Assembly: GCA_016187025.1 (NCBI GenBank)
Contig: JACPKM010000004.1
Coordinates: forward strand, 163,637-227,636
DNA: 64,000 nucleotides
DNA from: Candidatus Daviesbacteria bacterium
GTDB lineage: Bacteria > Patescibacteriota > Microgenomatia > Daviesbacterales > UBA10151
Direction of reading: 5' to 3'
Shown one piece after another: positions 18,603 to 28,476 of the stretch. Within the stretch, counting starts at the first letter, position 1. Each line of letters opens with the position of its first letter. The position numbers were made by a program, and so were the translations under genes. Under the pieces are notes generated by a model. The model worked only from the letters and a program-made list of their open reading frames with translations, was not told where the DNA came from and did not search any database.

Positions 18603-19385
18603 ATGTATACCATAGATGGTAAGAAACTAGCATCAATAAGGGAAGAAAAACTTAAAGAGAGGATTAAAAGATTAAAGATATGTCCTAAAGTTGTCAGTAT
18701 TTTGGTGGGAAATGATCCTGCTTCGGTAATGTACACCAACATGAAACAAAAAAAGGCCAAAGATGTCGGGATCGATTTTAAGCCCTTAAGACTGCCTGCA
18801 CAAACCACACCCAAAAGAGTAGTGACAGAAATCGAAAGGTTGAATAAGGATGAAGATATTGATGGAATTATGATTCAACTTCCCTTACCGGAAAAATATT
18901 TTTCTAAAAACCTAACCCCAAAAATTATTCAAAAAATAGATCCCCAAAAAGATATTGACGGTTTAACGGGAAAGGGGAAATTTATTCAAGCAACTGTGAA
19001 GGCTGTTGTAACAATTTTATCTTCAGAAAAAGAGCTTGGTAAAAATAAAAGGACTGTAGTTGTGGGAGGAGTAAGGGGAATGGTAGGAGTAGGGTTGGTT
19101 AATGAATTAAAGCGTTTGGGGGAGGAAGTTGAAGGGATAAGCAAATCTGATCCTCAATTAAAAAATAAAACCAAGAAGGCAGATATATTAATTTCTGCAA
19201 CAGGAGTAAAGAATATCATAACAGCTGAGTTAGTTAAAAAAGGAACTGTAGTGATTGATGTTTCGTATGACGTTGATTTTAAAGATGTTTCAAAATTTGC
19301 TAGTAAGATAACTCCAGTTCCAGGTGGTGTAGGACCGATGACAGTAGTTTGCTTGATGGAGAATATCTGGGAGAAGTATTTATGA
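18603..19385 (+). CDS. folD: Methylene-THF dehydrogenase/cyclohydrolase
   Basis: YTNMK, GIMIQLPLP, KDIDG, TPVPGGVGPMTV. Confidence 0.93.
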   Translation: MYTIDGKKLASIREEKLKERIKRLKICPKVVSILVGNDPASVMYTNMKQKKAKDVGIDFKPLRLPAQTTPKRVVTEIERLNKDEDIDGIMIQLPLPEKYFSKNLTPKIIQKIDPQKDIDGLTGKGKFIQATVKAVVTILSSEKELGKNKRTVVVGGVRGMVGVGLVNELKRLGEEVEGISKSDPQLKNKTKKADILISATGVKNIITAELVKKGTVVIDVSYDVDFKDVSKFASKITPVPGGVGPMTVVCLMENIWEKYL

Positions 19386-22300
19386 TAGTAAGAGTTGAGG
19401 TTACATCAAAAATCATCGATTCCCGAGCCGAAGTTTTGAAAAATAAAATAAAAGGATTGGGTTTTAGAAATAGGATTAGAGACGTTAAGATTGCCGATGT
19501 CTATACACTGGAAAAGACCTTTACTAAAAAGCAATTAGAGAAAATAACACAAGCCGTTACAAATCCTGTGTCACAACAGTCTTATACTAAATTTGACAGT
19601 AAATCAAATAATATAGAAAAATTTCTACCAGTAGAAAAAGGTTTTACTCTGGCAATAGAGGTAGGGTTTTTACCAGGCGTGACTGATAATGTGGGGGCAA
19701 CCACCAAAGAGATAATAGAGGATTTGTTAAAACTTAAGTTTAAACGCACAGAAGGAGTTTATTCTTCACAGTTAATTTTTATACTAGGTAATCTTTCTAA
19801 GATGGATGCTGTAAATATAGCTGAGAGCTTAGTAAACCCCCTAATCCAAAGAATTCATGTTAAAAGCTTTGATGAATTTATGACAAGCCATGGGATGGAC
19901 TTAGTAGTGCCAAAAGTAAAAATAGATAAAAAGCCCGCTGTTTTAGAAGTTGACTTGGATGTAGATGATGATGAATTAATCATGATAGGAAAGCAGGGAA
20001 TAATGGACCCAAATGGAATAAGAAGAGGTCCTCTGGCCCTAGATTTATCTTATATGAGGGCTATCCAAAGGTATTTTCAAAAAATAGGAAGAAAACCAAC
20101 TGATGTTGAAATTGAATCGATTGCTCAAACTTGGTCTGAACATTGTAAACACACAGTCTTTAGTGACAGGATTGATGATATTAAAGAAGGGTTATTTAAA
20201 GCTTATATAAGGAAAGCAACTGAAAAGATCCGTAAACAAAAATCGGCCAAAGGCCGATGGTCCTCCGGACGAGATTATTGTGTTTCTGTATTTGGTGATA
20301 ATTCAGGAGGAATAGAATTTGACGAGAATTATTTAGTTACTCATAAGGTTGAAACCCACAATACCCCCTCTGCTTTAGATCCTTTTGGCGGATCTATCAC
20401 AGGAATAGTTGGAGTAAACAGAGATACAATTGGTTTTGGGTTAGGAGCAAAGCCGATAGCCAATGTTTACGGTTTTTGCCTGGCTGATCCAAGAGATTCT
20501 GAATTGCTGTATAAGGGGCCCCATTACACACAAAAGATGCTTTCCCCCAGAAGAATCATGGAGGGAGTAATTGCCGGAGTTAACGCTGGCGGAAATCAGT
20601 CTGGAATTCCTACACCACACGGGTTTTTATATTTTGATCATCGCTATAAGGGTAAGCCGTTGGTTTTTGTAGGTACTATTGGTTTAATACCCAAATCAGA
20701 TAATAGCAGGATACTATACGAGAAGAAAGCTCAAGTTGGTGATTATATTGTTATGATTGGAGGAAGGGTTGGGATCGATGGGGTTCATGGAGCGACTTTT
20801 TCATCTGAAGCCTTGGATAGTGGTTCTCCGGTAACAGCGGTGCAGATTGGCGATCCTATTACACAAAAGAAGTTTTCCGATGCAATAGTAAAGGAAGCGC
20901 GGGATTTAAACTTATACAACAGTATTACAGATAATGGGGCAGGAGGCTTATCTTGTTCGGTTGCCGAAATGGCCAAGGAGTCAAATGGCTGCAAGGTTTA
21001 CTTAGACAAAGTCCCGTTAAAGTATCCCAATCTTTCCCCTTGGCAGACTTGGATTTCAGAATCTCAAGAAAGAATGACATTATCTGTTCCAAAAAATAAA
21101 TGGAAGAAATGCTTGAATTTAATGAGAAGAAGAGGGATAGAGGCAACGGTAATTGGAAAGTTTAATGATTCAGGAAAGTGTCAAGTATATTATAAGAGTA
21201 AAATTGTCATGGATATAGATTTAGAGTTTTTGCATGGTGGTCTACCAAAAAGACCAATGTTAACCTCTTTTACCAAACCTGCACATATAGAACCTGAAAT
21301 TCCTCAACTTAGCAATCTTTCAGAAATACTGGAAGAGATGTTGCAAAGGTTGAATTTAACCAGCTTTGAGTTTGTATCAACTCAATATGATCACGAAGTG
21401 CAGTCAAACTCTGTGATCAAGCCTCTACAGGGTAGAGGAAGAGTTAATGGTGATGCTGTAATTATTAAGCCGCTTATTACCTCAAATAAAGGTTTGGTAA
21501 TTACAAGTGGATTGTATCCTACTTATAGTGATATCGATACTTACTATATGGCAGCAGCATCTATTGATACTGCCATCAGAAATGCAGTTGTAGCTGGGGC
21601 AAATCCTAACTCTTTGGCAATTTTAGATAATTTTTGCTGGGCCTCAAGTAATGAGTTGGAGATGTTAGGACAGTTAAAGAAAGCGGCGCAGGCTTGTTAT
21701 GATTTTGCCACTGCTTATAAAACACCATTTATTTCCGGTAAGGATAGTATGTTTAATGATTTTAAAGGATTTGATGAACATGGTAATAGAATAAAAGTTT
21801 CTATACCACCAACCCTGTTAATTTCAGCCATAGGAACAATTGATGATATCACCAAATCAGTATCTATTGATCTGAAGTTACCGGGCGATTTAGTTTACAT
21901 TTTAGGAGATACAAAAGAGGAGTTGGGTGGATCAGAATATTACGCATATTGGGGGGACAAGTTTAAGAAAAGATATATTGGTAATACAGTACCTATCACT
22001 ACAGCTGCTAAAAATCTGAAACTCTACCACAAATATTTTATATGTGTCGGGAAAGAACTAATCTCCTCTGCAATTGGTATAGGAAGGGGTGGATTAGGAG
22101 TTGCTTTAGCTAAAAAGTCAATTTCCGGTTTAGTTGGTTTAGATATTAACCTGAAAGAATTAGCAGATAATAACAAAAGAGATGACTTTGCACTTTTTTC
22201 AGAGTCACAAGGAAGAATTATTGTCTCTATTGCCCCGCAAAATAAGGAAAAGTTTGAAAGACTGATGAAAGGATGTAGTCATACACTTATTGGTGTTGTA

Positions 22301-22408
22301 AGAGAGGATAATAAATTTACAGTGAAAGGAAAGAAGGGAAATATGATTATAAACACTGATGCAATGCATTTATTAAAAAATTATAAGAAAACCTTTAAAA
22401 ATTATTAA
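19382..22408 (+). CDS. purL: FGAM synthase synthetase subunit with N-terminal PurS-like region
   Basis: WSEHCKH, KVETHNTPS, DNGAGG, SESQERM, SGKDS; ATG overlaps the folD stop (ATGA). Confidence 0.95.
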   Translation: MIVRVEVTSKIIDSRAEVLKNKIKGLGFRNRIRDVKIADVYTLEKTFTKKQLEKITQAVTNPVSQQSYTKFDSKSNNIEKFLPVEKGFTLAIEVGFLPGVTDNVGATTKEIIEDLLKLKFKRTEGVYSSQLIFILGNLSKMDAVNIAESLVNPLIQRIHVKSFDEFMTSHGMDLVVPKVKIDKKPAVLEVDLDVDDDELIMIGKQGIMDPNGIRRGPLALDLSYMRAIQRYFQKIGRKPTDVEIESIAQTWSEHCKHTVFSDRIDDIKEGLFKAYIRKATEKIRKQKSAKGRWSSGRDYCVSVFGDNSGGIEFDENYLVTHKVETHNTPSALDPFGGSITGIVGVNRDTIGFGLGAKPIANVYGFCLADPRDSELLYKGPHYTQKMLSPRRIMEGVIAGVNAGGNQSGIPTPHGFLYFDHRYKGKPLVFVGTIGLIPKSDNSRILYEKKAQVGDYIVMIGGRVGIDGVHGATFSSEALDSGSPVTAVQIGDPITQKKFSDAIVKEARDLNLYNSITDNGAGGLSCSVAEMAKESNGCKVYLDKVPLKYPNLSPWQTWISESQERMTLSVPKNKWKKCLNLMRRRGIEATVIGKFNDSGKCQVYYKSKIVMDIDLEFLHGGLPKRPMLTSFTKPAHIEPEIPQLSNLSEILEEMLQRLNLTSFEFVSTQYDHEVQSNSVIKPLQGRGRVNGDAVIIKPLITSNKGLVITSGLYPTYSDIDTYYMAAASIDTAIRNAVVAGANPNSLAILDNFCWASSNELEMLGQLKKAAQACYDFATAYKTPFISGKDSMFNDFKGFDEHGNRIKVSIPPTLLISAIGTIDDITKSVSIDLKLPGDLVYILGDTKEELGGSEYYAYWGDKFKKRYIGNTVPITTAAKNLKLYHKYFICVGKELISSAIGIGRGGLGVALAKKSISGLVGLDINLKELADNNKRDDFALFSESQGRIIVSIAPQNKEKFERLMKGCSHTLIGVVREDNKFTVKGKKGNMIINTDAMHLLKNYKKTFKNY

Positions 22409-22414
22409 ATCTTT

Positions 22415-23278
22415 ATGAAAAAACCTAATATATTAGTATTTTCTGGATACGGATTAAACTGTGAAGAGGAAACAAAATTTGCCTTTGAAAAAGCAGGAGG
22501 TGCTGCAGACATTGTCCACATTAACGATTTAATAGAAGGACTTGTAAGTATTGGTAATTATCAAATTTTGGCTTTTCCTGGAGGTTTTGCATACGGTGAT
22601 GACACAGGTTCTGGAAATGCGTATGCCAATAAGCTAAAAAATCACTTGTGGAAAGATATAGTTAAATTTATTAGTCAAGGAGGGTTAATAATAGGAATTT
22701 GTAATGGATTTCAGATATTGGTTAATTTAGGCCTTCTCCCAGCATTAAACAAAAAATACGGTGAAAGACAGGTAGCCTTACTTCATAACAGCTCAGCAAG
22801 ATATATAGATAGATGGGTTGATTTAAAAGTAGAAAATAAGTCTCCCTGGCTTGTTGGGATTAATAAACTTTCTGCACCGATATCACATGGTGAAGGAAGG
22901 CTTTATGTATCAGAGGAAGTATTAAAACAACTGAAAGAAAAAAGTCTAATAGCCCTAAGGTATTTCAAAGGAGAGGTATGCAATTACCAGAATTTAGAAT
23001 CTAATCCGAATGGATCAATTGATAATATAGCAGGGCTTAGTGATGAGACTGGTAGAATACTGGGATTAATGCCTCATCCTGACCGAGCACTATTTTTTAC
23101 ACAGCTGCCAAATTGGCCATTACTGAAGGAAAAACTGAAAAGAGAACAAAAGCCACTGTTCCCTGAGGGACAAGGTTTACAAATCTTTAAAAATGGTGTT
23201 AACTATTTTGCAAATATTAAAGAAGGCTTAAGCAAAAACGAGATCTTCTCTTCTTTGCCCGTTACCAATAGCCATTAA
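22415..23278 (+). CDS. purQ: FGAM synthase glutaminase subunit
   Basis: PGGFAYGD, GICNGFQIL, HGEGR, LGLMPHPDR. Confidence 0.93.
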   Translation: MKKPNILVFSGYGLNCEEETKFAFEKAGGAADIVHINDLIEGLVSIGNYQILAFPGGFAYGDDTGSGNAYANKLKNHLWKDIVKFISQGGLIIGICNGFQILVNLGLLPALNKKYGERQVALLHNSSARYIDRWVDLKVENKSPWLVGINKLSAPISHGEGRLYVSEEVLKQLKEKSLIALRYFKGEVCNYQNLESNPNGSIDNIAGLSDETGRILGLMPHPDRALFFTQLPNWPLLKEKLKREQKPLFPEGQGLQIFKNGVNYFANIKEGLSKNEIFSSLPVTNSH

Positions 23279-24520
23279 TCGGGCATCAGGTATAGTTGCA
23301 ACAATTCCTAGAACATATTTTCTAGCCTTTTCTGGCAGATCATTTAAGTCTGTTATACCCGCTAAATCCTCGTTCCATCCTGGGTAGCAATCTTCGTTTC
23401 CATAAGCAGCCTGACATCGTTCAAAGTCCCTAAGGTTTGAGGGAATATGGTGTATTTCTTTACCATCTAAAATATAACTATTACAAACCATTAAATCTCC
23501 CATACAGGATAGGTTATCCAGTCTTGTAATTACTATATCAGTAAAGCCATTTACATATTGTGATTGTCCAGCTGCTACTCCATCAAACCATCCAAGCCTT
23601 CTGGGTCTTCCAGAAACAACTCCAAACTCATGGGCGCTTTTTCTAAGTCTATCTGCACCTTCATCAAATCGTTCAGTTGGCATTGGTCCACCACCTACTC
23701 TTGTTTGGTAAGCTTTGAAAACTCCAATTGCCTGAGTTAGCCACCTTGCACCAATTCCTGCACCTGCGAGCAATCCATTTATTGTAGTATTGGATGAAGT
23801 TACCATGGGATATGTTCCATCATCTACACTAAGCAGTGTTCCTTGAGCCCCTTCAATCAAGACCCGTCCATTTGAACCTGTAATGTGCCGATAAAGGAAT
23901 TCGGATGTTTCCATCACTAGGGGCGTCAAGACATGTTGCGCCTCTCCTAAAAGATTCTCATAATATCCTGGATCAAATTGGGGAGAATTGGCAAGGTCAG
24001 GATGGTAACCCCTCTTATTTTTTAAAACACGGGCAATTTTACCAAGGCATTCTTCAGGATCAGCTAAATCTTCTGCCCTAATACCTACACGATTAGCTTT
24101 ATCTGCGTAAGCGGGTCCTATTCCTCTTTTGGTTGTTCCGATAGCTTGTGCTCCTTTGGAGTTTTCTTCATGACCGTCTTCTAACTGATGATATTCAAAA
24201 ACTAGGTGGGCTTTGGGGCTTATTCTTAAATTACTGGTAGAAATACCCCTTTCATGGAGTGCAGCCATCTCCCTAATTAAACCTGCTGCATTTACGACAG
24301 TACCTTGTCCTAAAATATTTATAGTTTTGGGGTTAAAGATTCCGGCAGGGATTAAATTGAGGGCAAACATACCTTTTCCATTAACTACAGTATGCCCGGC
24401 GTTGTCGCCTCCCTGGGCTCTGACTACAACTGTTGCACCTTGTGCCAGTTGGTCAACAACCTTACCCTTACCTTCGTCTCCCCATTGACCTCCAGCAACT
24501 GCGATTACTTCTGCGCTCAT
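23228..24520 (-). CDS. purA: Adenylosuccinate synthetase
   Basis: GQWGDEGKGK, GDNAGHT, GTTKRGIGPAY, EGAQG, TRVGGGP, GRPRRLGWFD. Confidence 0.97.
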   Translation of the reverse strand: MSAEVIAVAGGQWGDEGKGKVVDQLAQGATVVVRAQGGDNAGHTVVNGKGMFALNLIPAGIFNPKTINILGQGTVVNAAGLIREMAALHERGISTSNLRISPKAHLVFEYHQLEDGHEENSKGAQAIGTTKRGIGPAYADKANRVGIRAEDLADPEECLGKIARVLKNKRGYHPDLANSPQFDPGYYENLLGEAQHVLTPLVMETSEFLYRHITGSNGRVLIEGAQGTLLSVDDGTYPMVTSSNTTINGLLAGAGIGARWLTQAIGVFKAYQTRVGGGPMPTERFDEGADRLRKSAHEFGVVSGRPRRLGWFDGVAAGQSQYVNGFTDIVITRLDNLSCMGDLMVCNSYILDGKEIHHIPSNLRDFERCQAAYGNEDCYPGWNEDLAGITDLNDLPEKARKYVLGIVATIPDARLMAIGNGQRREDLVFA

Positions 24521-24618
24521 AGTCTAGATAGAATAAAGAGTTTAGCAAGACAAATCTAAAAAAACAAGATTTAACTTAATCTCTAGACAAAATTCTAACA
24601 ATAAGTTTAAAATAGGCC

Positions 24619-25635
24619 ATGAAATTCTCCAGCACTTACATAGTTACTCTTGGTTCACACTCTGCTTTACAAATTTTAAAAGGAGCAAAGGATGAAGGTT
24701 TTAAAACAGCAGTGGTTTGTACTCCTAAACAAACAACTCTCTATAGAAACTATGATAAATTTATAGACGAGATAATCCAGATAGATTCTTGGGCTTCTTT
24801 TCCTCAAATGGAAAAAAGACTAATAAAGCAAAATTCCATCATTGTTCCACACGGGTCATTTGTAGCGTATTTGGGAATGGAAAGAAACAAACAAATGAGA
24901 GTACCGTATTTTGGAAACAAACTTGTTTTGGATTGGGAATCAAATAGAAAAATGCAAAGAGAATGGATGATAGCAGCAGATGTCAAGGTTCCTCACAAGT
25001 TTAAAAAGGGAGATAAAATTGATCGTCCTGTGATAGTTAAGTCTCATGGAGCCCAAGGTGGAAAAGGATATTTTGTTGCCAAAAATCAAAAAGAACTGGA
25101 TGAAAAATTGAAAGTTTTTAGTGAAGAAAAATTTATAGTACAAGAGTATGTTATCGGTGTGCCAGTGTATATACATTTTTTTTATTCTCCACTAACAGAA
25201 AAATTAGAAGTGATGAGTGTTGATAAGAGATATGAGACAAATGTTGATTCATTGGGCCGAATTCCAGCCAGGAACCAAAAAGGATTAAAAATAGAGCCTA
25301 CCTTTGAGGTGGTAGCAAATATTCCAATGGCCATAAGGGAATCAATGTTGGCAGAAGCAATGGCAATGGGTGATAGAGTAATAAATGTTTCTAAAAAACT
25401 GGTTCCACCAAAAGGATTATTTGGTCCTTTTTGTCTGGAAACAATTATCACCTCAACTGATGAAATTTATGTAATGGAAATTTCAGCAAGAATTGTTGCC
25501 GGAACAAACTGTTTTATTGACGGTTCCCCTTATACATATTTGCTTTATGATGAACCAATGAGCACCGGAAGACGGATTGCCCGGGAAATAAAGTTGGCAA
25601 TAAAGAAGAAAAGATTAAAGGAAGTATTAGACTAA
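24619..25635 (+). CDS. purP: Formate-dependent AICAR ligase (FAICAR synthetase), PurP family
   Basis: TLGSHSALQILKGAKDEGF, VPHGSF, glycine-rich loop GAQGGKGYF, GPFCLE, EISARIVAGTN, MSTGRRIAREI. Confidence 0.9.
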   Translation: MKFSSTYIVTLGSHSALQILKGAKDEGFKTAVVCTPKQTTLYRNYDKFIDEIIQIDSWASFPQMEKRLIKQNSIIVPHGSFVAYLGMERNKQMRVPYFGNKLVLDWESNRKMQREWMIAADVKVPHKFKKGDKIDRPVIVKSHGAQGGKGYFVAKNQKELDEKLKVFSEEKFIVQEYVIGVPVYIHFFYSPLTEKLEVMSVDKRYETNVDSLGRIPARNQKGLKIEPTFEVVANIPMAIRESMLAEAMAMGDRVINVSKKLVPPKGLFGPFCLETIITSTDEIYVMEISARIVAGTNCFIDGSPYTYLLYDEPMSTGRRIAREIKLAIKKKRLKEVLD

Positions 25636-25638
25636 ATC

Positions 25639-26733
25639 ATGAATAATCAATCACTTACCATTGCAGTACTAGGGTCTCATTCCGCTCTGGATGTTTGCCG
25701 GGGAGCAAAAGATTTAGGATTTAACACCTTAGTTATTTGCGAGAAAGGAAAAGAAAAAACTTATCAGAAGTTTTATAGATCCCAAGATGAGTTAGGTTGT
25801 GTTGACGGAGTGCTAGTTTTAGAAAAATTTGCAGATATATTAAAACCAGCTGTCCAGGAAGAACTAAGAAAAAGAAATTGCATATTTATTCCTCATAGAT
25901 CATTTGAAGTCTATTTAAACTTTGATTACAAAGCAATTGAGGAAAAATTTAAAGTGCCAATTTTTGGAAATAAATTCTTACTAAAAATTGAAGAGCGGGG
26001 AGTGAAACCTAATCAATACGACCTTTTAGAAAAAGCCAAAATAAGGATACCCAAGCAATTTAGCGATCCTAAAAAAATAGATAGATTGTGTATTATCAAA
26101 GTCCTAGAAAAAGAAAGAGGTTTTGAAAGAGCCTTCTTTTTGTGTGACTCTTATAAAGAGTATCAAAAGCAAGTAGAAGAAAAATTAGATAAAGGAATTT
26201 TTACTAAAGAACAATTAGATAAATGTGTAATTGAGGAATTTATGATCGGTGTACAAGTAAACTTAAATTATTTTTTCTCTCCAGTAGATAAAAGATTAGA
26301 GCTTCTAGGGACAGATACCAGAAGGCAAACCAATATTGAAGGATTAATTAAAACACCTGCTCCTTATCAGCAATCAATCATGGAAAAAGTAAATATAAAA
26401 TACGAGGAAGCAGGACATATTGCTGTGACAGTCTTGGAATCAATGCTTGAGCAAATTTTTGAGTTAGGGGAAAGATTTGTTAGAGTTTCTCAAAAGTTAA
26501 TACCACCTGGAGTGATTGGCCCTTTTGCCCTGCAAGCAGTAATTGTTCCAGGCCCTCCCAAAAAAGATATTATTGTTTTTGATGTTTCGCCAAGAATGCC
26601 GGGTAGTCCCGGAACTTTTGCTACACCATATAGTGGGTATTTATTTAGGCAAAATATCTCTGTTGGAAAAAGAGTTGCAATGGAAATTAAGAATGCTTTA
26701 GAAAAGAATAATTTAGAAAAAATTACAACATGA
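25639..26733 (+). CDS. PurP-like paralog (second type)
   Basis: LGSHSALDVCRGAK, IPHRSF, ERAFF in place of the glycine loop, DTRRQTN, GPFALQ, DVSPRMPGSPG. Confidence 0.85.
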   Translation: MNNQSLTIAVLGSHSALDVCRGAKDLGFNTLVICEKGKEKTYQKFYRSQDELGCVDGVLVLEKFADILKPAVQEELRKRNCIFIPHRSFEVYLNFDYKAIEEKFKVPIFGNKFLLKIEERGVKPNQYDLLEKAKIRIPKQFSDPKKIDRLCIIKVLEKERGFERAFFLCDSYKEYQKQVEEKLDKGIFTKEQLDKCVIEEFMIGVQVNLNYFFSPVDKRLELLGTDTRRQTNIEGLIKTPAPYQQSIMEKVNIKYEEAGHIAVTVLESMLEQIFELGERFVRVSQKLIPPGVIGPFALQAVIVPGPPKKDIIVFDVSPRMPGSPGTFATPYSGYLFRQNISVGKRVAMEIKNALEKNNLEKITT

Positions 26734-28121
26734 ATATGAAAAACCTTTCAACCTACCAATCTCCCTTTTCTTGGCGTTATGGGTCAGATAGCATGCGACA
26801 GATTTGGTCTGAGGAAAATAAATACAGAATATGGAGAAAGGTTTGGGTAACTCTTGCTAAAGCTCAATACACACAAGGCCTGCTGACGAAAAAAGAATTT
26901 GATGATTTGGAAAAACACCAAGACGATATCAATATAAAAAGAATTTTAGAAATAGAACAGAGCACACAGCATGATGTTGTGGCTGCAATTAAAGAGTTTG
27001 CAGAGAAGGCTAAAGTGGGTGGAGGAAAAATACATTTGGGTGCTACCAGTATGGACATTAACGATAACGCGGATGTTCTAAGAGTTCAGGAAGCGTTAAA
27101 GTTAATCGAGGGTCAGCTAAGAAGCCTTGTTAAAAAATTCTTAGAAAAGGGGGGAAAATATTCAGATCTTGCCTGTATGGGTTACACTCATCTTCAACCT
27201 GCTGAACCCACAACTTTAGGATACAGACTTTGTTTTTATATCCAGGATCTACTAACTGATCTAGAGTTTCTAAAGTTTGTTAAAAATAATTTAAAAGGGA
27301 AAGGGATAAAAGGGGCTGTGGGTACATCTGCAAGTTATGTCAAACTTTTAAATAAAATAGGTGTAGAAAAGATGGAAAATGAGGTAATGGATATATTGGG
27401 GATTAGCGCTGTTGAAATATCAAACCAGACGGCTCCCAGAAAAATAGAATATTTGATAGGAAGTCTTCTCGCATCAATCTCACAGACTTTATATAAGTTT
27501 GCGTTTGATCTAAGAATAATGCAATCTCCCGGATTTGGTGAGTGGCAAGAACCTTTTGGAAAAACGCAGGTCGGGTCATCCGCTATGCCTTTTAAGAAAA
27601 ATCCCTGGAAAGCAGAGCAAATTTGCTCGTTATCCAGAGTTGTTGTAAGTTTATCACGGGTTCTTTGGGATAATGCAGCAAACATGGGTTTAGAAAGAAC
27701 TTTGGATGATTCAGCTAACAGAAGAGTAGTTATCCCAGAAATATTTCTAACAACAGATGAGATATTGAATATTGCCAATAATATTTTGGATGGATTAATC
27801 GTAAATGAAAAAAAAGTTACAGAAAACTTAAACAAGTATTGGCCATTTTCTGTAACTGAGGCAATTTTAATAGAGGTCGTTAAAAAAGGAGCAGACAGGC
27901 AAAAGATGCATGAGGTTTTAAAGGGTATTGCCATGAGCGCATGGCAGGAAATATCGAATGGGGAAGAGAATCCTATGAAAGATCTTTTGGAAAATGATCC
28001 GGATCTAAGTAAATATTTATCATCAGAAGAGTTAGATCAGCTATTTGATGTAAAATCACACTTGGGAAATGCCCCGGAAAAAACCAAAAGATTTTGCAAA
28101 AGAGTCAAAAAATATGTTTAG
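26730..28121 (+). CDS. purB: Adenylosuccinate lyase
   Basis: HDVVA, IHLGATSMD, GYTHLQPA, GSSAMPFKKNP, LERTLDDSANRR. Confidence 0.96.
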   Translation: MNMKNLSTYQSPFSWRYGSDSMRQIWSEENKYRIWRKVWVTLAKAQYTQGLLTKKEFDDLEKHQDDINIKRILEIEQSTQHDVVAAIKEFAEKAKVGGGKIHLGATSMDINDNADVLRVQEALKLIEGQLRSLVKKFLEKGGKYSDLACMGYTHLQPAEPTTLGYRLCFYIQDLLTDLEFLKFVKNNLKGKGIKGAVGTSASYVKLLNKIGVEKMENEVMDILGISAVEISNQTAPRKIEYLIGSLLASISQTLYKFAFDLRIMQSPGFGEWQEPFGKTQVGSSAMPFKKNPWKAEQICSLSRVVVSLSRVLWDNAANMGLERTLDDSANRRVVIPEIFLTTDEILNIANNILDGLIVNEKKVTENLNKYWPFSVTEAILIEVVKKGADRQKMHEVLKGIAMSAWQEISNGEENPMKDLLENDPDLSKYLSSEELDQLFDVKSHLGNAPEKTKRFCKRVKKYV

Positions 28122-28473
28122 ATTATGGGGGAAAGTTAAAAGAGGTCAAAGCAGGGGAAAGAAGTTGGGGTTTCCAACTGCAAACATTAATTTACATAAT
28201 AAAATGGCCCAGGGGGTGTATGTGTCTAAGATAAAGATTAAATCCCAGTTTTTTACTGCCCTAACATTTATCGGCAATGCTACTACATTTAATGAGGAAA
28301 ATTATTTAGCAGAAAGTTATATTTTGAATTTTGATAAAGATATATACGGCGAGTTTATAAGCGTTTATTTATTGAAAAAGATTAGGGGTAATATTAAGTT
28401 TAAAACGGCAAATGATTTGATTAAACAGATGAAAAAAGATGAAAAGCAGGCATTAGAATACTTTAAACAATAA
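28114..28473 (+). CDS. Monofunctional riboflavin kinase (RibF C-terminal domain only)
   Basis: G.V.RG..RG..LGFPTANI, GVY, ESYILNFD.DIYG and IRG..KF; no FAD synthetase domain. Confidence 0.9.
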   Translation: MFRLWGKVKRGQSRGKKLGFPTANINLHNKMAQGVYVSKIKIKSQFFTALTFIGNATTFNEENYLAESYILNFDKDIYGEFISVYLLKKIRGNIKFKTANDLIKQMKKDEKQALEYFKQ

Positions 28474-28476
28474 GTT

